From Candidatus Micrarchaeota archaeon (GTDB lineage: Archaea; Micrarchaeota; Micrarchaeia; Anstonellales; Bilamarchaeaceae): 64,000 nucleotides of DNA. This document shows positions 1-10,570 of the stretch, piece by piece; the stretch's first letter is position 1, and every line of letters starts with the position of its first letter. The position numbers and the translations under genes were made by a program. Below the pieces are notes generated by a model, which was not told the DNA's origin, searched no databases, and saw nothing but the letters and a program-made list of their open reading frames with translations. Location of the stretch: positions 24,273 through 88,272 of the forward strand of contig JBDRPL010000019.1 in the NCBI GenBank assembly GCA_043827025.1, in the 5' to 3' direction.

Positions 1-1
1 A

Positions 2-556
2 AAAGGAAGACATGATTTTCAAGATGGAGTCTATTGGAATTCACATTTTACCGGACATTCAGAATGCCGTTATATCACAGGCACTCATTCGGAGGATGAC
101 GGATTAATTGTTTGCATAAGTCCAATAATTCTATGCAGGTACGGTTCATCTGTTAAGATGCATCACCAGGATTTAATTGCCAGGGATTATCTATTTGACT
201 TTGAGATGCCGCATCAATTGGTTATTGACTCTAGAGAAACATTTTCTCATGAAATTAGCTGGTCAAGAGCGCATAAAGCGATCATTACACCTTTGAATAA
301 TGTATTCAGTTCTCTGGTTTTTGGAGGACTATTTGGTGGTTTTGGTGCGCTTGCTAGCCATCTTATCTGTACTCTTTACAAAGTAAGTTCTACTCTAGCT
401 GCAAATACGATTGTTGCAGGAGTTGTTGGTTTAATCGCGTTTGTTATGAATTATCATCTAAACAATGCACTTTATCGGGAGATAAGACAGAATTGCATTG
501 AACAGTTGGCAGTGGATTTGCAGAAATTAAAGGAAGCGCATCCGAGGAGTACCTGA
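2..556 (+). CDS. Hypothetical membrane protein, 5'-partial
   Basis: The frame of ORF 158..556 is open back to position 2 (KGRHDFQDGVYW...SVKMHHQ). Two hydrophobic segments lie near the C-terminus. Confidence 0.6.
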   Translation, partial: KGRHDFQDGVYWNSHFTGHSECRYITGTHSEDDGLIVCISPIILCRYGSSVKMHHQDLIARDYLFDFEMPHQLVIDSRETFSHEISWSRAHKAIITPLNNVFSSLVFGGLFGGFGALASHLICTLYKVSSTLAANTIVAGVVGLIAFVMNYHLNNALYREIRQNCIEQLAVDLQKLKEAHPRST

Positions 557-558
557 AC

Positions 559-1134
559 CTAGATCTTCAGAAAATTAGCCAATATCTTTTCCCCATGCTC
601 AGTATGCCAGACCTCAGGATGGAATTGCACTCCGAATATGTTCCTTGTCTCATGTCGCATAGCTTCATGCGCACAGGTTTTTGAATGCGCCAATGAAACA
701 AAGTCCTTTGGCATAATCTTCACAGTATCAAAATGAGAGACCCAAGCATTGAATTTCTTTGGAACGCCTTTGAATAACACATCTTCAGAATCAACATCTA
801 TCTCGCATATCCCATACTCTGCTGACTCGCCTTTCTCTACATTTCCGCCAAGAAGATGGGCAAACAGCTGGTGGCCGAAACATACTCCGAGTATTGGCAT
901 CTCTATTCTTTCGACATTTATTTTCTTCACAATTTCTTCGCTTAACCCCAGATTGCCTGCATTGACAGAACTCGGGCCTCCAGACAGTATTATCTTTTCA
1001 GCATTTTTGATTATGTTCTTTATTTCTGAGAACTGTTTTGAGTTGTTGAAAATCATTGCCTCGAATCCGAGGTCGCGACAGTTTCTTTTTATGAGGTGAG
1101 TGTACTGGCTGCCGTTATCGATTATAAGGATCAT
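559..1134 (-). CDS. guaAA: GMP synthase, glutamine amidotransferase subunit A
   Basis: Class I GATase motifs IDNGSQY, SGGP, PILGVCFGHQ and QFHPE. Stand-alone subunit, as is usual in archaea. Confidence 0.9.
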   Translation of the reverse strand: MILIIDNGSQYTHLIKRNCRDLGFEAMIFNNSKQFSEIKNIIKNAEKIILSGGPSSVNAGNLGLSEEIVKKINVERIEMPILGVCFGHQLFAHLLGGNVEKGESAEYGICEIDVDSEDVLFKGVPKKFNAWVSHFDTVKIMPKDFVSLAHSKTCAHEAMRHETRNIFGVQFHPEVWHTEHGEKILANFLKI

Positions 1135-1315
1135 AATTAACTAATCTCCAGTTTTGTTTTTAATATGTTGCCCAAACCTTTGTGTTATCCACTACGCGTC
1201 AAGTTTCAAGGGGGAAAATCCGATTAACAATGATTATAAACCTTTCCTTTCTAACTATATGTTCTAGTCTGGTAAGAGGTAGCCCTATCTCTGCCTATTA
1301 GTTGGGTGGTTCTGC

Positions 1316-1603
1316 TTGGTATCTAAAGGTTCTTCTAAGAAAGTTTCTAGGAAAAAGAAAGATGTTGCTGAAGAAAGCGTTGATGTTCTTGGTTATGAAC
1401 TTGTTCCTAAGATGGAAATACTTTCTGAGTCTGAAAAGAAAAAAGTTCTTGTAAAATTTGGGATAAATGATAAACAGCTTCCAAAGTTGAGAAGCTCTGA
1501 TCCAGAGGCAAAGGCCCTGAAAGCTAATGTTGGCGATCTTATTAAAGTATTACGAAATGACTCGACTGGGGAGTATGTTGCATACAGGTTAGTCATAGAT
1601 TAG
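1316..1603 (+). CDS. rpoH: RNA polymerase subunit H (Rpo5)
   Basis: ELVPKMEILS, QLPKL..SDP, GDLIKVLR.S.TG...YRLV. First gene of the RNAP operon, TTG start. Confidence 0.95.
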   Translation: MVSKGSSKKVSRKKKDVAEESVDVLGYELVPKMEILSESEKKKVLVKFGINDKQLPKLRSSDPEAKALKANVGDLIKVLRNDSTGEYVAYRLVID

Positions 1604-1619
1604 ATATAGAGGTTTTGTT

Positions 1620-3074
1620 ATGGTTTCCGGCATGATAGAAGCATATTATAATGTGAACACTTTGGTCAAACAGCAATTGGATTCTTACAACTGCTTTTTG
1701 GAAAAAGGCATCCAATCCGTTGTTTCAAGGGTTGGAACAATAAAGACTAATGTAGAAGGTTTTGAACTTAGGTTGGGAAAAGTGAGGATAGAGCAGCCAA
1801 GGTATTACGAAGTTAAAGGGGGCTACAGATCCATTCTTCCAACCGAGGCGAGATTGAGGAACCTTACGTATGCAGCTCCGGTTTTTCTTGAAATAATCCC
1901 AGTTTTCAACGGCGTTGAAAGGCCAACTTATTCTGATGTTTTCATAGGAGAAATCCCGATAATGGCGAAATCAAAGATTTGCTATCTGTCATCAATGAGC
2001 GAAAGCGAATTGATTGATGCAGGCGAAGACCCAAGCGATCCTGGAGGATATTTCATAATCAACGGAAGCGAACGTGTTTTGGTGAGCATTGAGGATCTTG
2101 TTCCGAATAAGATCATGGTGACTAAGGAACGGAACGGATTCGTTTCAAAAATCTTTTCTACCTATTTTGGTTTCAGGGCAAGATGCGTGGTCAATCGAAA
2201 CGCCGAAGGTGTTTACACTGTAGAGTTTCCTTCTTCCCCTGCAGGCATTCCATTCATCCAATTGCTGAAAGTGCTTGGCCTTGAAAAAGATTCTCAGATC
2301 CAGAATGCTTTCTCACAAGACAAGAGGATACAGAACGACGTCATTCTTAATCTTGAGATGGAAGAGACAAAGAATCTGGAAGAAGCTATCGATGTGCTGA
2401 GCAGAAAACTTTCTCCAGGCCAGCCGCAGGAATTCAGACTGACAAGAATGGAAAATCTCATTAATAATTATCTTCTTCCGCACGTCGGAGTAACAAAGGA
2501 TTCCCATGACGAAAAAATAAAATTTTTAATCAACATGGCGGAGAAAGCGACAAAAGTGTATTACAAAGAGCTTCCTCCTGATGACAAGGACCATTACGCA
2601 AACAAGCGCGTAAAACTTGCAGGAGAACTTATGGAAGAGCTTTTCAGATATGCCTTCCAGTTTTTGGTTAAAGACCTTATTTATCAGGCATCAAGGGCGG
2701 ATGCAAGAGGAAGACGATTGCAGGTCCATACGCTCGTAAGGCAAGATGCAATGGCTGACCGTATAAGGTATGCAATGGCAACCGGAAACTGGATAGCAGG
2801 CCAGACAGGCATTTCCCAGCTTCTTGATCGTGTTAGTTACGCTTCAACAGTTTCGCACCTGAGAAGGATAATTTCTCCACTCAGCAAAAAGCACCCGCAT
2901 TTCAAGGCAAGAGATCTGCATGGAACACATACTGGAAAGCTGTGTCCTAATGAAACTCCTGAAGGTCCAAGCTGTTCGCTTGTTAAGAACCTTGCAATCA
3001 TGGCAGAAGTTTCTATTGGAATGGACAATGAAGAAGTCCTTAACCTGCTGAAGGTTTATGATGTGAAGAAATAA
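1620..3074 (+). CDS. rpoB2: RNA polymerase subunit B'' (Rpo2N)
   Basis: EARLRNLTYAAP, DPGGYFIINGSERV, DDKDHYANKR, CPNETPEG. Confidence 0.97.
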   Translation: MVSGMIEAYYNVNTLVKQQLDSYNCFLEKGIQSVVSRVGTIKTNVEGFELRLGKVRIEQPRYYEVKGGYRSILPTEARLRNLTYAAPVFLEIIPVFNGVERPTYSDVFIGEIPIMAKSKICYLSSMSESELIDAGEDPSDPGGYFIINGSERVLVSIEDLVPNKIMVTKERNGFVSKIFSTYFGFRARCVVNRNAEGVYTVEFPSSPAGIPFIQLLKVLGLEKDSQIQNAFSQDKRIQNDVILNLEMEETKNLEEAIDVLSRKLSPGQPQEFRLTRMENLINNYLLPHVGVTKDSHDEKIKFLINMAEKATKVYYKELPPDDKDHYANKRVKLAGELMEELFRYAFQFLVKDLIYQASRADARGRRLQVHTLVRQDAMADRIRYAMATGNWIAGQTGISQLLDRVSYASTVSHLRRIISPLSKKHPHFKARDLHGTHTGKLCPNETPEGPSCSLVKNLAIMAEVSIGMDNEEVLNLLKVYDVKK

Positions 3075-3084
3075 GGTGATACTC

Positions 3085-4902
3085 ATGAAATCCGAAAAAA
3101 CTGCAGTTTATATGAATGGAAAGCTCGTAGGATATCACTCAGACGGCAAGAATCTTGCAAAGAGATTGAGGGAAAAGAGAAGGACCAATGAACTCAATTA
3201 TCTTGTCAATATCTATTATGATTCGAAGCTCAATGAGTTGCATATAATAAATGACAAGGGAAGAGTCAGAAGGCCTTACATCGTAGTCGAAGATAGCAAA
3301 TCAAGACTTACCTCGGAAATACTCCAGAAAGTTAAGAGCAATCATCTTAATTGGAACCATCTTATAAAGATGGGTGTAATTGAATATCTTGATGCGCAGG
3401 AAGAGGAGAATTCTCTGATCGCATTGGATGTAAATGAAATAACCAAGGACCATACCCATCTCGAAGTAGATTCTGCAACCATATTCGGTGTTGTCGCATC
3501 CATATTGCCATATCCAGAACATAATTCTTCTCCGAGAATTACAATGGCTTGCGCAATGGCCAAACAATCGTTGGGGATGTATGCAACTAATTTCAACATA
3601 AGGTATGATACAAGAGGTTATGTCATGTATTATCCCCAGCAGCCGCTTGTGCAGACTGACCTTTACAAGGCATTGAAAATGAAGAAAAAGTGCGCCGGGC
3701 AGAATTGCGTAGTTGCACTTACAAGCTATCGTGGATATAACATGGCTGATGCGATTATAGTTAATAAGAATGCAGTTGAACGAGGGCTTGGAAGAATAGC
3801 AATGTTCAAGACTTATGAGACTGAGGAGCGTTCGTATCCTGGAGGCCAGAGGGATAAAATCTGTGTCCCGACTCCGGAAGTCATTGGATACAGGGGAGAA
3901 GAACCCTACAAATCAATTGGAGAGGATGGAATTGTTTTCCCAGAAAGCGAAGTAAAAGAAAAATGCGTTCTTGTTGGAAAAGTATCACCTCCAAGATTCC
4001 TTGAAGAAATCTCTGTTTTTGGTACAGTTGAAGAAAAACACAGAGAGAGCTCGCTTGCATTGAAAGCAGGAGACAAAGGAAAGATTGATTCAGTGCTTGT
4101 TACAGAAGGCCCAAGCGGAAACAGGCTGGTGAAGGTGAGATTGAGGGCGATAAAGATTCCAGAAGTGGGTGACAAGATCGCTTCACGTCACGGTCAGAAG
4201 GGAGTTATCGGTCTTGTAGTTCCACAGGAAGACATGCCTTTCACGGCAAGCGGGGTAGTTCCTGATTTGATAGTTAATCCTCACGCAATACCAAGTAGAA
4301 TGACTGCAGGCCACCTTCTTGAAACGATGGGTGGAAAGGCAGGCTCGCTTGCAGGAATGCTCATGAACGGAACTGCGTTCAGCGGAAATACTGAAGAGGA
4401 ATATAGGAAGATTCTTTTGGACAATGGATTCGATGAGTATGGGGAAGAAGTACTATATGACGGCTATACTGGACAAATGCTTACAGTGAAGGTTTTCATA
4501 GGCGTGATTTATTATCAGAGATTGCATCACTTGGTTTCGAACAAGACTCACGTAAGGTCAAGAGGCCCTGTACAGTTATTGACCCATCAGCCTACTGAAG
4601 GTAGGGCAAGAGAGGGGGGTCTCAGATTCGGAGAGATGGAACGTGATTGTTTGCTTGGTTATGGTGCAAGCATGGTCGTAAAAGAAAGGCTGCTCGAAGA
4701 GAGCGACAAAACTGTTCAACTGGTATGTGCGGAGTGCGGTGCAATTGCCACTCATGACTACGCAAGGAACAAGGACGTATGCCCGGTGTGCGATTCGGAG
4801 AATATCCACCAGGTGGAAATGAGCTATGCTTTCAAGCTATTGCTTGACGAGATTAGATCTCTGTATGTGTTCCCGAGACTGCTTCTCGCAGATAAGGGAT
4901 GA
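3085..4902 (+). CDS. rpoB1: RNA polymerase subunit B' (Rpo2C)
   Basis: GDKIASRHGQKG, NPHAIPSRMT, GGLRFGEMERD and a C-terminal Zn ribbon. A GGTGA SD precedes ATG 3085. Confidence 0.97.
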   Translation: MKSEKTAVYMNGKLVGYHSDGKNLAKRLREKRRTNELNYLVNIYYDSKLNELHIINDKGRVRRPYIVVEDSKSRLTSEILQKVKSNHLNWNHLIKMGVIEYLDAQEEENSLIALDVNEITKDHTHLEVDSATIFGVVASILPYPEHNSSPRITMACAMAKQSLGMYATNFNIRYDTRGYVMYYPQQPLVQTDLYKALKMKKKCAGQNCVVALTSYRGYNMADAIIVNKNAVERGLGRIAMFKTYETEERSYPGGQRDKICVPTPEVIGYRGEEPYKSIGEDGIVFPESEVKEKCVLVGKVSPPRFLEEISVFGTVEEKHRESSLALKAGDKGKIDSVLVTEGPSGNRLVKVRLRAIKIPEVGDKIASRHGQKGVIGLVVPQEDMPFTASGVVPDLIVNPHAIPSRMTAGHLLETMGGKAGSLAGMLMNGTAFSGNTEEEYRKILLDNGFDEYGEEVLYDGYTGQMLTVKVFIGVIYYQRLHHLVSNKTHVRSRGPVQLLTHQPTEGRAREGGLRFGEMERDCLLGYGASMVVKERLLEESDKTVQLVCAECGAIATHDYARNKDVCPVCDSENIHQVEMSYAFKLLLDEIRSLYVFPRLLLADKG

Positions 4903-4919
4903 AAAAAAGGATGATTTGC

Positions 4920-7457
4920 ATGATTGGTGAAAAAACTTTTGTATCGAAAATCATAGAGAAAATAAAATTCTCTTTGTTTTCTCCGGAAATGATCAGGAAG
5001 ATGTCTGCATCGAAGATACTCGTGCCTGACACTTACGATGATGACGGTTATCCAATAGATGGCGGGCTTGTCGACACCAAATTGGGTGTTGTTGACCCTG
5101 GCCTTAGGTGCAAGACCTGCGGTGGACGAGTAAGAGAATGTCCTGGGCATTTCGGCCACATAGATATGGTCAGGCCGGTCATCCATGTAGAATTTGCAAA
5201 ACACATACTTTATACTCTGAAATCCTCATGCCTATCTTGCCACAAATTGGTTCTCAAACCAAAGCTTGAGAGTGTGGTTTCTGATGAAACTGCTGATGAT
5301 GGAACAGTTAGCAAGAAAAAGAGCAAGATAAAGAAATGTGCAAACTGCGGTTTCGAGTTGCCTGAATTCAAGTTGCTTAAGCCAACTACTATTTACAAGG
5401 ACAAGACTGTTTTGCTTGCAACTGAGATAAGGGATCAGCTCGCTGCATTGAGCGATGATGACATAAGGGAATTAGGGTTTGATCCCATCTATTCCAGGCC
5501 TGAGTGGATGGTTCTTACAACATTACCTGTCCCTCCTGTGAATGTCAGGCCTTCCATTACATTGGAAACAGGAGAAAGAAGCGAAGATGATCTTACTCAC
5601 AAGCTTGTGGATATTATCCGTATCAACCAAAAGCTTGAGTCGAACATAAACGCAGGCGCCCCCCAGTTGATTGTCGAGGATCTCTGGGAACTGTTGCAAT
5701 ACCATGTAACTACTTATTTCAATAATGAGACTGCGAACATTCCTCCAGCAAGGCACAGAAGCGGAAGGCCGCTCAAGACCTTGGCGCAGAGATTGAAGGG
5801 AAAGGAAGGAAGATTCAGATATAACTTGAGTGGAAAGCGTGTCAATTTCTCTGCACGTACAGTCATTTCCCCTGACCCGTATCTTTCATTGAACGAAGTC
5901 GGAATTCCATTCGAAGTGGCAGCTGAACTTACAGTTCCTATTACAGTGACTGAATGGAACATAGAGGAATGCAAAAAATACATACTGGCAGAGAAATTCC
6001 CGAAAGCTGTCTATCTCATCAGAAACGACGGAAAGAGGGTGAAGGTAGGAGACTCTCCAGAAATGAAAAAAGAAATCTGTGAAAACCTTAAGGTAGGCTG
6101 GGTAATGGAAAGACAGCTTAATGATGGTGATATTGCAATATTCAACAGGCAGCCTTCTCTTCATAGAGTATCTATGATGGCTCATGAGGTCAGAGTATTG
6201 CCAGGCAGTACCTTCAGGATAAATCCTATTGTTACTTCCCCTTACAATGCAGACTTTGATGGAGATGAAATGAACCTCCACATTATCCAAACTCCTGAAT
6301 CGCAGGCTGAAGCAAGATGTCTTATGAGAGTAGAAGATCAAATACTTTCCCCAAGGCATGGCCATGCAATTATAAAGCCGCAGGAAGACCATGTGTCAGC
6401 AGTATATTTCCTTACCAAAAATGGCAGGGCTTTTGATAAGGTCGAGGCTTCCAATCTTCTTTACTCAGTTGGAATAACCGAGCTTCCTAAGGCTGATGAC
6501 AAGAAAGGAACATATTCTGGAAAACTTTTGTTTTCACAGCTTCTTCCTGAAAAACTTGATCTCAAGGCAGATTCAAAAGTCGGAGGGGAAGTGGTCATAA
6601 AGAAAGGCGAACTCCTGAAAGGAGAGCTCAGCGGGAATATTGTGGAAAATGAAATTCTTGAAAGAATCTTCATGCTATGTGGCTCGGCTGCAGCAGGTCG
6701 TTTCCTAGATCAGATGACAAGGTTGTCACTTGACAGCCTTGCAACACACGGGCTCAGCGTTTCATTGAAGGATTACACTCTTTCTCCAAAAGCAGAAGAG
6801 AAATTGAATAAGCTTGACGATAAGATGAGCAGGGAAATTGACAACCTGATAATGCAATACAAGAACAAGACACTTGACAGGTCCCCAGGCCTATCTCTCA
6901 AGGAAACACTTGAGGGTATGATTGTCCAGGTCACCTCAATTGCAAGAATGGATGTGGGCAAGCTTGTAGAAGAGGATTTGACAATGTCCAACCCATCTAT
7001 TGTGATGTCTAAAATCGGTGCAAGAGGAAGCCTGCTTAATGCAATTCAGATGTCTGCAAGTGTTGGACAGCAAACAGTAAGAAGCAAGAGGCCGAAAAGA
7101 GGGTATAGAGGGAGAACTCTTCCATATTTTAGGCCAGGTGTGCTCGCAGCAAAGCAAAGGGGTTATGTATTTGCCTCTTTTAGGAAGGGCCTTACACCTT
7201 TTGAATTTATACATCATGCAATGGGTGGAAGAGAGGCGTTGGTTAACACAGCCATTAGAACTGCTAGAAGCGGTTACATGCAGAGACGGCTCATCAATGC
7301 ATTGCAGGACCTCGTGGTTTATCCTGATTTCACAGTTAGGAATGCGGACATGAGTATTGTCCAGTTCATTTACGGTGGAGATGGAAAGGATCCGATGTAT
7401 GCCTCAAAGGCAGAAGTGTCAGATTCTCCAAAAGGAGATGATATTGATACTGCATAA
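4920..7457 (+). CDS. rpoA1: RNA polymerase subunit A' (Rpo1N)
   Basis: CKTCG..CPGHFGH, catalytic [22 protein letters not shown]. Start is 4899, 4911 or 4920. Confidence 0.97.
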   Translation: MIGEKTFVSKIIEKIKFSLFSPEMIRKMSASKILVPDTYDDDGYPIDGGLVDTKLGVVDPGLRCKTCGGRVRECPGHFGHIDMVRPVIHVEFAKHILYTLKSSCLSCHKLVLKPKLESVVSDETADDGTVSKKKSKIKKCANCGFELPEFKLLKPTTIYKDKTVLLATEIRDQLAALSDDDIRELGFDPIYSRPEWMVLTTLPVPPVNVRPSITLETGERSEDDLTHKLVDIIRINQKLESNINAGAPQLIVEDLWELLQYHVTTYFNNETANIPPARHRSGRPLKTLAQRLKGKEGRFRYNLSGKRVNFSARTVISPDPYLSLNEVGIPFEVAAELTVPITVTEWNIEECKKYILAEKFPKAVYLIRNDGKRVKVGDSPEMKKEICENLKVGWVMERQLNDGDIAIFNRQPSLHRVSMMAHEVRVLPGSTFRINPIVTSPYNADFDGDEMNLHIIQTPESQAEARCLMRVEDQILSPRHGHAIIKPQEDHVSAVYFLTKNGRAFDKVEASNLLYSVGITELPKADDKKGTYSGKLLFSQLLPEKLDLKADSKVGGEVVIKKGELLKGELSGNIVENEILERIFMLCGSAAAGRFLDQMTRLSLDSLATHGLSVSLKDYTLSPKAEEKLNKLDDKMSREIDNLIMQYKNKTLDRSPGLSLKETLEGMIVQVTSIARMDVGKLVEEDLTMSNPSIVMSKIGARGSLLNAIQMSASVGQQTVRSKRPKRGYRGRTLPYFRPGVLAAKQRGYVFASFRKGLTPFEFIHHAMGGREALVNTAIRTARSGYMQRRLINALQDLVVYPDFTVRNADMSIVQFIYGGDGKDPMYASKAEVSDSPKGDDIDTA

Positions 7458-7467
7458 TGTGATTTTT

Positions 7468-8544
7468 ATGAAAAACCCTACAAACAAATCAGCGAAAATC
7501 GCACCATATGAAGCAGTCGGAGTGGTATGCGCCCAGAGCATCGGGGAGCCAGGTACGCAGATGACTATGCGTACGTTCCACTATGCAGGAGTTGCAGAGC
7601 ATGTGCCTACTGGCCTTCCAAGGTTGATAGAGATAGTTGATTCCAAGAAGGAGCCAAAGAAACCTATTATAGATATTTATCTCAAGAAGTCCTTTGCAAA
7701 GAGCCAGTCAAAGGCGCAGGAGCTTGCAAGTGATGTGAGTGCAGTGCATGTTTCAGATGTAGCTGAGGTGGAAGACGATCTTATTGCGAAAAAAATCGTA
7801 ATATCCTATAGGGAAAAAGATGGCAAGCAGCTTGGCGTGACATTTACAACTCTCAAGAACGCGCTTTCAGAGGTTTCTGAAAACATAAAAGTCGGCGACA
7901 ATAAGATAATCATGAAAATACCTAAAAAGGCCGAGACTTCAAAAGACAAGTCAAAGGATGGAAAAACTTCTCCGCAACCTGATGATGAGCTAGGTACAGG
8001 GACTGCACGTGCAGTAAGAAAGCTTGCAAATAAAATACAAGGCACTATTGTAAAAGGCATCAAAGGTATCCAAAGGGCAGTTGTTCTTAAGAGCAGTGAT
8101 GAATATTTCGTAAGGGCAGCAGGCTTCAACATTGTGGATGTAATGTCTCATCCCATGGTTGATGCTTCAAGAATATATACTAATAACATAAAAGAAATCG
8201 AAAGGGTATTTGGAATAGAGGCTGCAAGGAAAGCAATCATCAAGGAAACAAAAGATGTGCTGGATATGCAGAAGCTTTTCGTAGACATTAGGCATATAAT
8301 GCTTGTTGCAGATGCGATGTGCTATTGCGGTGAAATTAAATCTATTGGAAGGCATGGACTAAGTGGAGAGAAAGTTGGTGTTCTTGGAAGAGCTGCTTTC
8401 GAGGAAACAATAAAGCACCTGGTGAATGCAAGCGCATTTGCTGAAGACGAAAACCTTATAGGCGTTACGGAGAACATTATAGTTGGTCAAACAGTGCCAG
8501 TTGGTACTGGGAAAATTAAGCTTTTAATTAAACCAAAGAAATGA
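7468..8544 (+). CDS. rpoA2: RNA polymerase subunit A'' (Rpo1C)
   Basis: [46 protein letters not shown]. The likely ATG at 7468 follows the rpoA1 stop. Confidence 0.95.
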   Translation: MKNPTNKSAKIAPYEAVGVVCAQSIGEPGTQMTMRTFHYAGVAEHVPTGLPRLIEIVDSKKEPKKPIIDIYLKKSFAKSQSKAQELASDVSAVHVSDVAEVEDDLIAKKIVISYREKDGKQLGVTFTTLKNALSEVSENIKVGDNKIIMKIPKKAETSKDKSKDGKTSPQPDDELGTGTARAVRKLANKIQGTIVKGIKGIQRAVVLKSSDEYFVRAAGFNIVDVMSHPMVDASRIYTNNIKEIERVFGIEAARKAIIKETKDVLDMQKLFVDIRHIMLVADAMCYCGEIKSIGRHGLSGEKVGVLGRAAFEETIKHLVNASAFAEDENLIGVTENIIVGQTVPVGTGKIKLLIKPKK

Positions 8545-8582
8545 AAATCAAAGAATATGGAGTATTTTAATGAGGTAATCAC

Positions 8583-9026
8583 ATGTCAAAGAAAAACGAT
8601 GAAGATGCAAATGAAGGCAAACAAGTCGAAGAGACTGAAACCGAAGATGTGGCTGTAGAAGAAGCAAAGGTTGAAGAAAAAGTCAAGAGAAAAAAGGTCA
8701 TAAGAAGGAAATCCAAGAAAGAGAAGGAAAATCCTATCAATGCAATGATTAGGCTTACTGTTGAAAGCGGAAAGGTGGACTTCGGTTCAAGAAGCTCTGT
8801 CAAGAGCAATTCCAAGAACGCGAAACTATTCGTTGTCGCAAAGAATACTCCAAAGCAGATACTTGCAAAACTCAAGACTGCAAACGTATCTAATGTGCCT
8901 GTTTTCACTTTTGAGGGCAGCACTGTAGAACTTGGTTCCATTTGTGGAAAGCCGTATCCTGTTTCTGTGATGTCTGTTTATGACTTCGGAAACGCGGATG
9001 TCAAGAGCTTTTTGAAAAAAGACTGA
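8583..9026 (+). CDS. rpl30e: 50S ribosomal protein L30e with a charged N-terminal extension
   Basis: SGKVDFGSR and ELGSICGKPYPVS. Conserved position between rpoA2 and nusA. Confidence 0.9.
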   Translation: MSKKNDEDANEGKQVEETETEDVAVEEAKVEEKVKRKKVIRRKSKKEKENPINAMIRLTVESGKVDFGSRSSVKSNSKNAKLFVVAKNTPKQILAKLKTANVSNVPVFTFEGSTVELGSICGKPYPVSVMSVYDFGNADVKSFLKKD

Positions 9027-9030
9027 TTAG

Positions 9031-9468
9031 ATGGAACTGACCGGCGAAGATCTCAATTTTTTTTCAGAATTCGAGAGAACAACAGGTGTGATGCCAAAGG
9101 ATTATTACACTTCACAGGAACTCCTGGTGTTTCTTGTTGACATGGTCAGCCTTGGTAAGGCCATAGGCAAGAAAGGAATCAACATCCAGAGGCTTAGGGC
9201 AGCATTCAGGAAGAATGTTGTCATAGTCGGGGATTCGCCTGATATTGAAATATTCCTTCGAAGTATGTTCAATAATGTCGAAGTCATCTCAATCGAACAG
9301 ATGGACATCATGAATGAGAAGAATATTGTTCTCACTATTGATGAAAAAGACAGGGGCATTGCAATTGGAAAGAACGGAGACCGGATAAAGTCAGCGAAGG
9401 AGTTTCTGTCAAGGAAGTTCAAGGCAAAGCTGATGCTCAAGACGAAGAGAAGGTTGGAGAGCATATAA
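9031..9468 (+). CDS. nusA: Archaeal NusA (two KH domains)
   Basis: GKAIGKKGINI and GIAIGKNGDRI motifs, plus operon position. Confidence 0.92.
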   Translation: MELTGEDLNFFSEFERTTGVMPKDYYTSQELLVFLVDMVSLGKAIGKKGINIQRLRAAFRKNVVIVGDSPDIEIFLRSMFNNVEVISIEQMDIMNEKNIVLTIDEKDRGIAIGKNGDRIKSAKEFLSRKFKAKLMLKTKRRLESI

Positions 9469-9562
9469 TTATTTTCTTTTGTTTAGCCTAGCAGTTGATT
9501 CTTTGCATATTTTAATATAATCACCAATAGTTTTAAAAGATGTATCTATGTGACTATCTCTT

Positions 9563-10561
9563 ATGCATAAGCAACTTAGAGTCACTAGTGGTACTAGAAC
9601 CCTGAAAAACGGGAAGATACGTTTCGAGAATTGCCATATTCTACAGGATAGCACAACCCATGTCACATGTGTGAGGCTTGGGCTTGACCGTACAAAACCA
9701 GCCTCATTCTCCCTTAGTTCTGATAGGGTTGAAATCGCGGCACATATAAGGAAAAAAGGAGATCCTGCCAAAACAGAATGCCAGGATTCTGCAATTGTAA
9801 TCATAACTCCAAAGAATGTGGTTGCAGGGGTTTTCGATGGGTTTGGGCCTGCAGGAACATTTCTTTCAGAGAATGCTGCAAGCATTGCAACGAGGTTGCT
9901 GCGCACGGATAAGGTCAGGTGTGATCCTTTGTTGGATGTTGCTCAAGAATTAAGCGATTTGGGCCTTTATGCCTCAGGAAATTTGAACAGAGAAGGAGGT
10001 ACAACTGCGGTTCTGGCAAGCGTTTCAGATAAAGACGGAGGATTTTGCGTTAATGGTGCTGGGGATTCTGCAATATATCGTCAGAGACTGCCTAATCAGA
10101 TCTCTCGGCTTTTGAATTATTTTTTTGACAATAGGGGCGATAGAATTGATGAGATGATAATTCAAGAATATCTTTCCAGAAGGCATTTTGTTTCTTCAAT
10201 AGGCACTTTAAGTTTTCAACCTCCTATTGCGGGGAGATATGAGTGTTCTGGTGGAATGCTTGATGCAGGCGAAGTCCTGCTTCTTGCAAGCGATGGACTC
10301 ACTAAGAATTTGACAGTTAGGTTCAACCCTGAAACTCAGAAAGTGATCGATGTTAGCGGGTGTAGAAGCCTTCAACATATTCTCAATGGTATGCGCGAAC
10401 CATCTGCGATGGTAGAAGCAATTCTCAGAGCAATAAATAGGAGGGTTAATCGTTTGGAAAGACGTGTTCATCTATGCAATAAAAGCACAGTTCTTTGGCC
10501 TCAGGACGATGATGTTGCATTGATTGCAATGAAATTCCATAAATTTCAGGAAACCTTTTGA
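9563..10561 (+). CDS. PP2C/PPM-family phosphatase-like protein
   Basis: CQD, GVFDGFG, GGTTA, GDS, LASDGL and QDDDVALI appear in PP2C order. Confidence 0.8.
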   Translation: MHKQLRVTSGTRTLKNGKIRFENCHILQDSTTHVTCVRLGLDRTKPASFSLSSDRVEIAAHIRKKGDPAKTECQDSAIVIITPKNVVAGVFDGFGPAGTFLSENAASIATRLLRTDKVRCDPLLDVAQELSDLGLYASGNLNREGGTTAVLASVSDKDGGFCVNGAGDSAIYRQRLPNQISRLLNYFFDNRGDRIDEMIIQEYLSRRHFVSSIGTLSFQPPIAGRYECSGGMLDAGEVLLLASDGLTKNLTVRFNPETQKVIDVSGCRSLQHILNGMREPSAMVEAILRAINRRVNRLERRVHLCNKSTVLWPQDDDVALIAMKFHKFQETF

Positions 10562-10570
10562 ATCTGCTAA

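Noticed and set aside
7357..7467. Upstream in-frame extension of rpoA2 overlapping rpoA1 (possible frameshift fusion)
   Set aside because: The extension has no RNAP-like sequence and no slippery site was seen. ATG 7468 after the rpoA1 stop is simpler.
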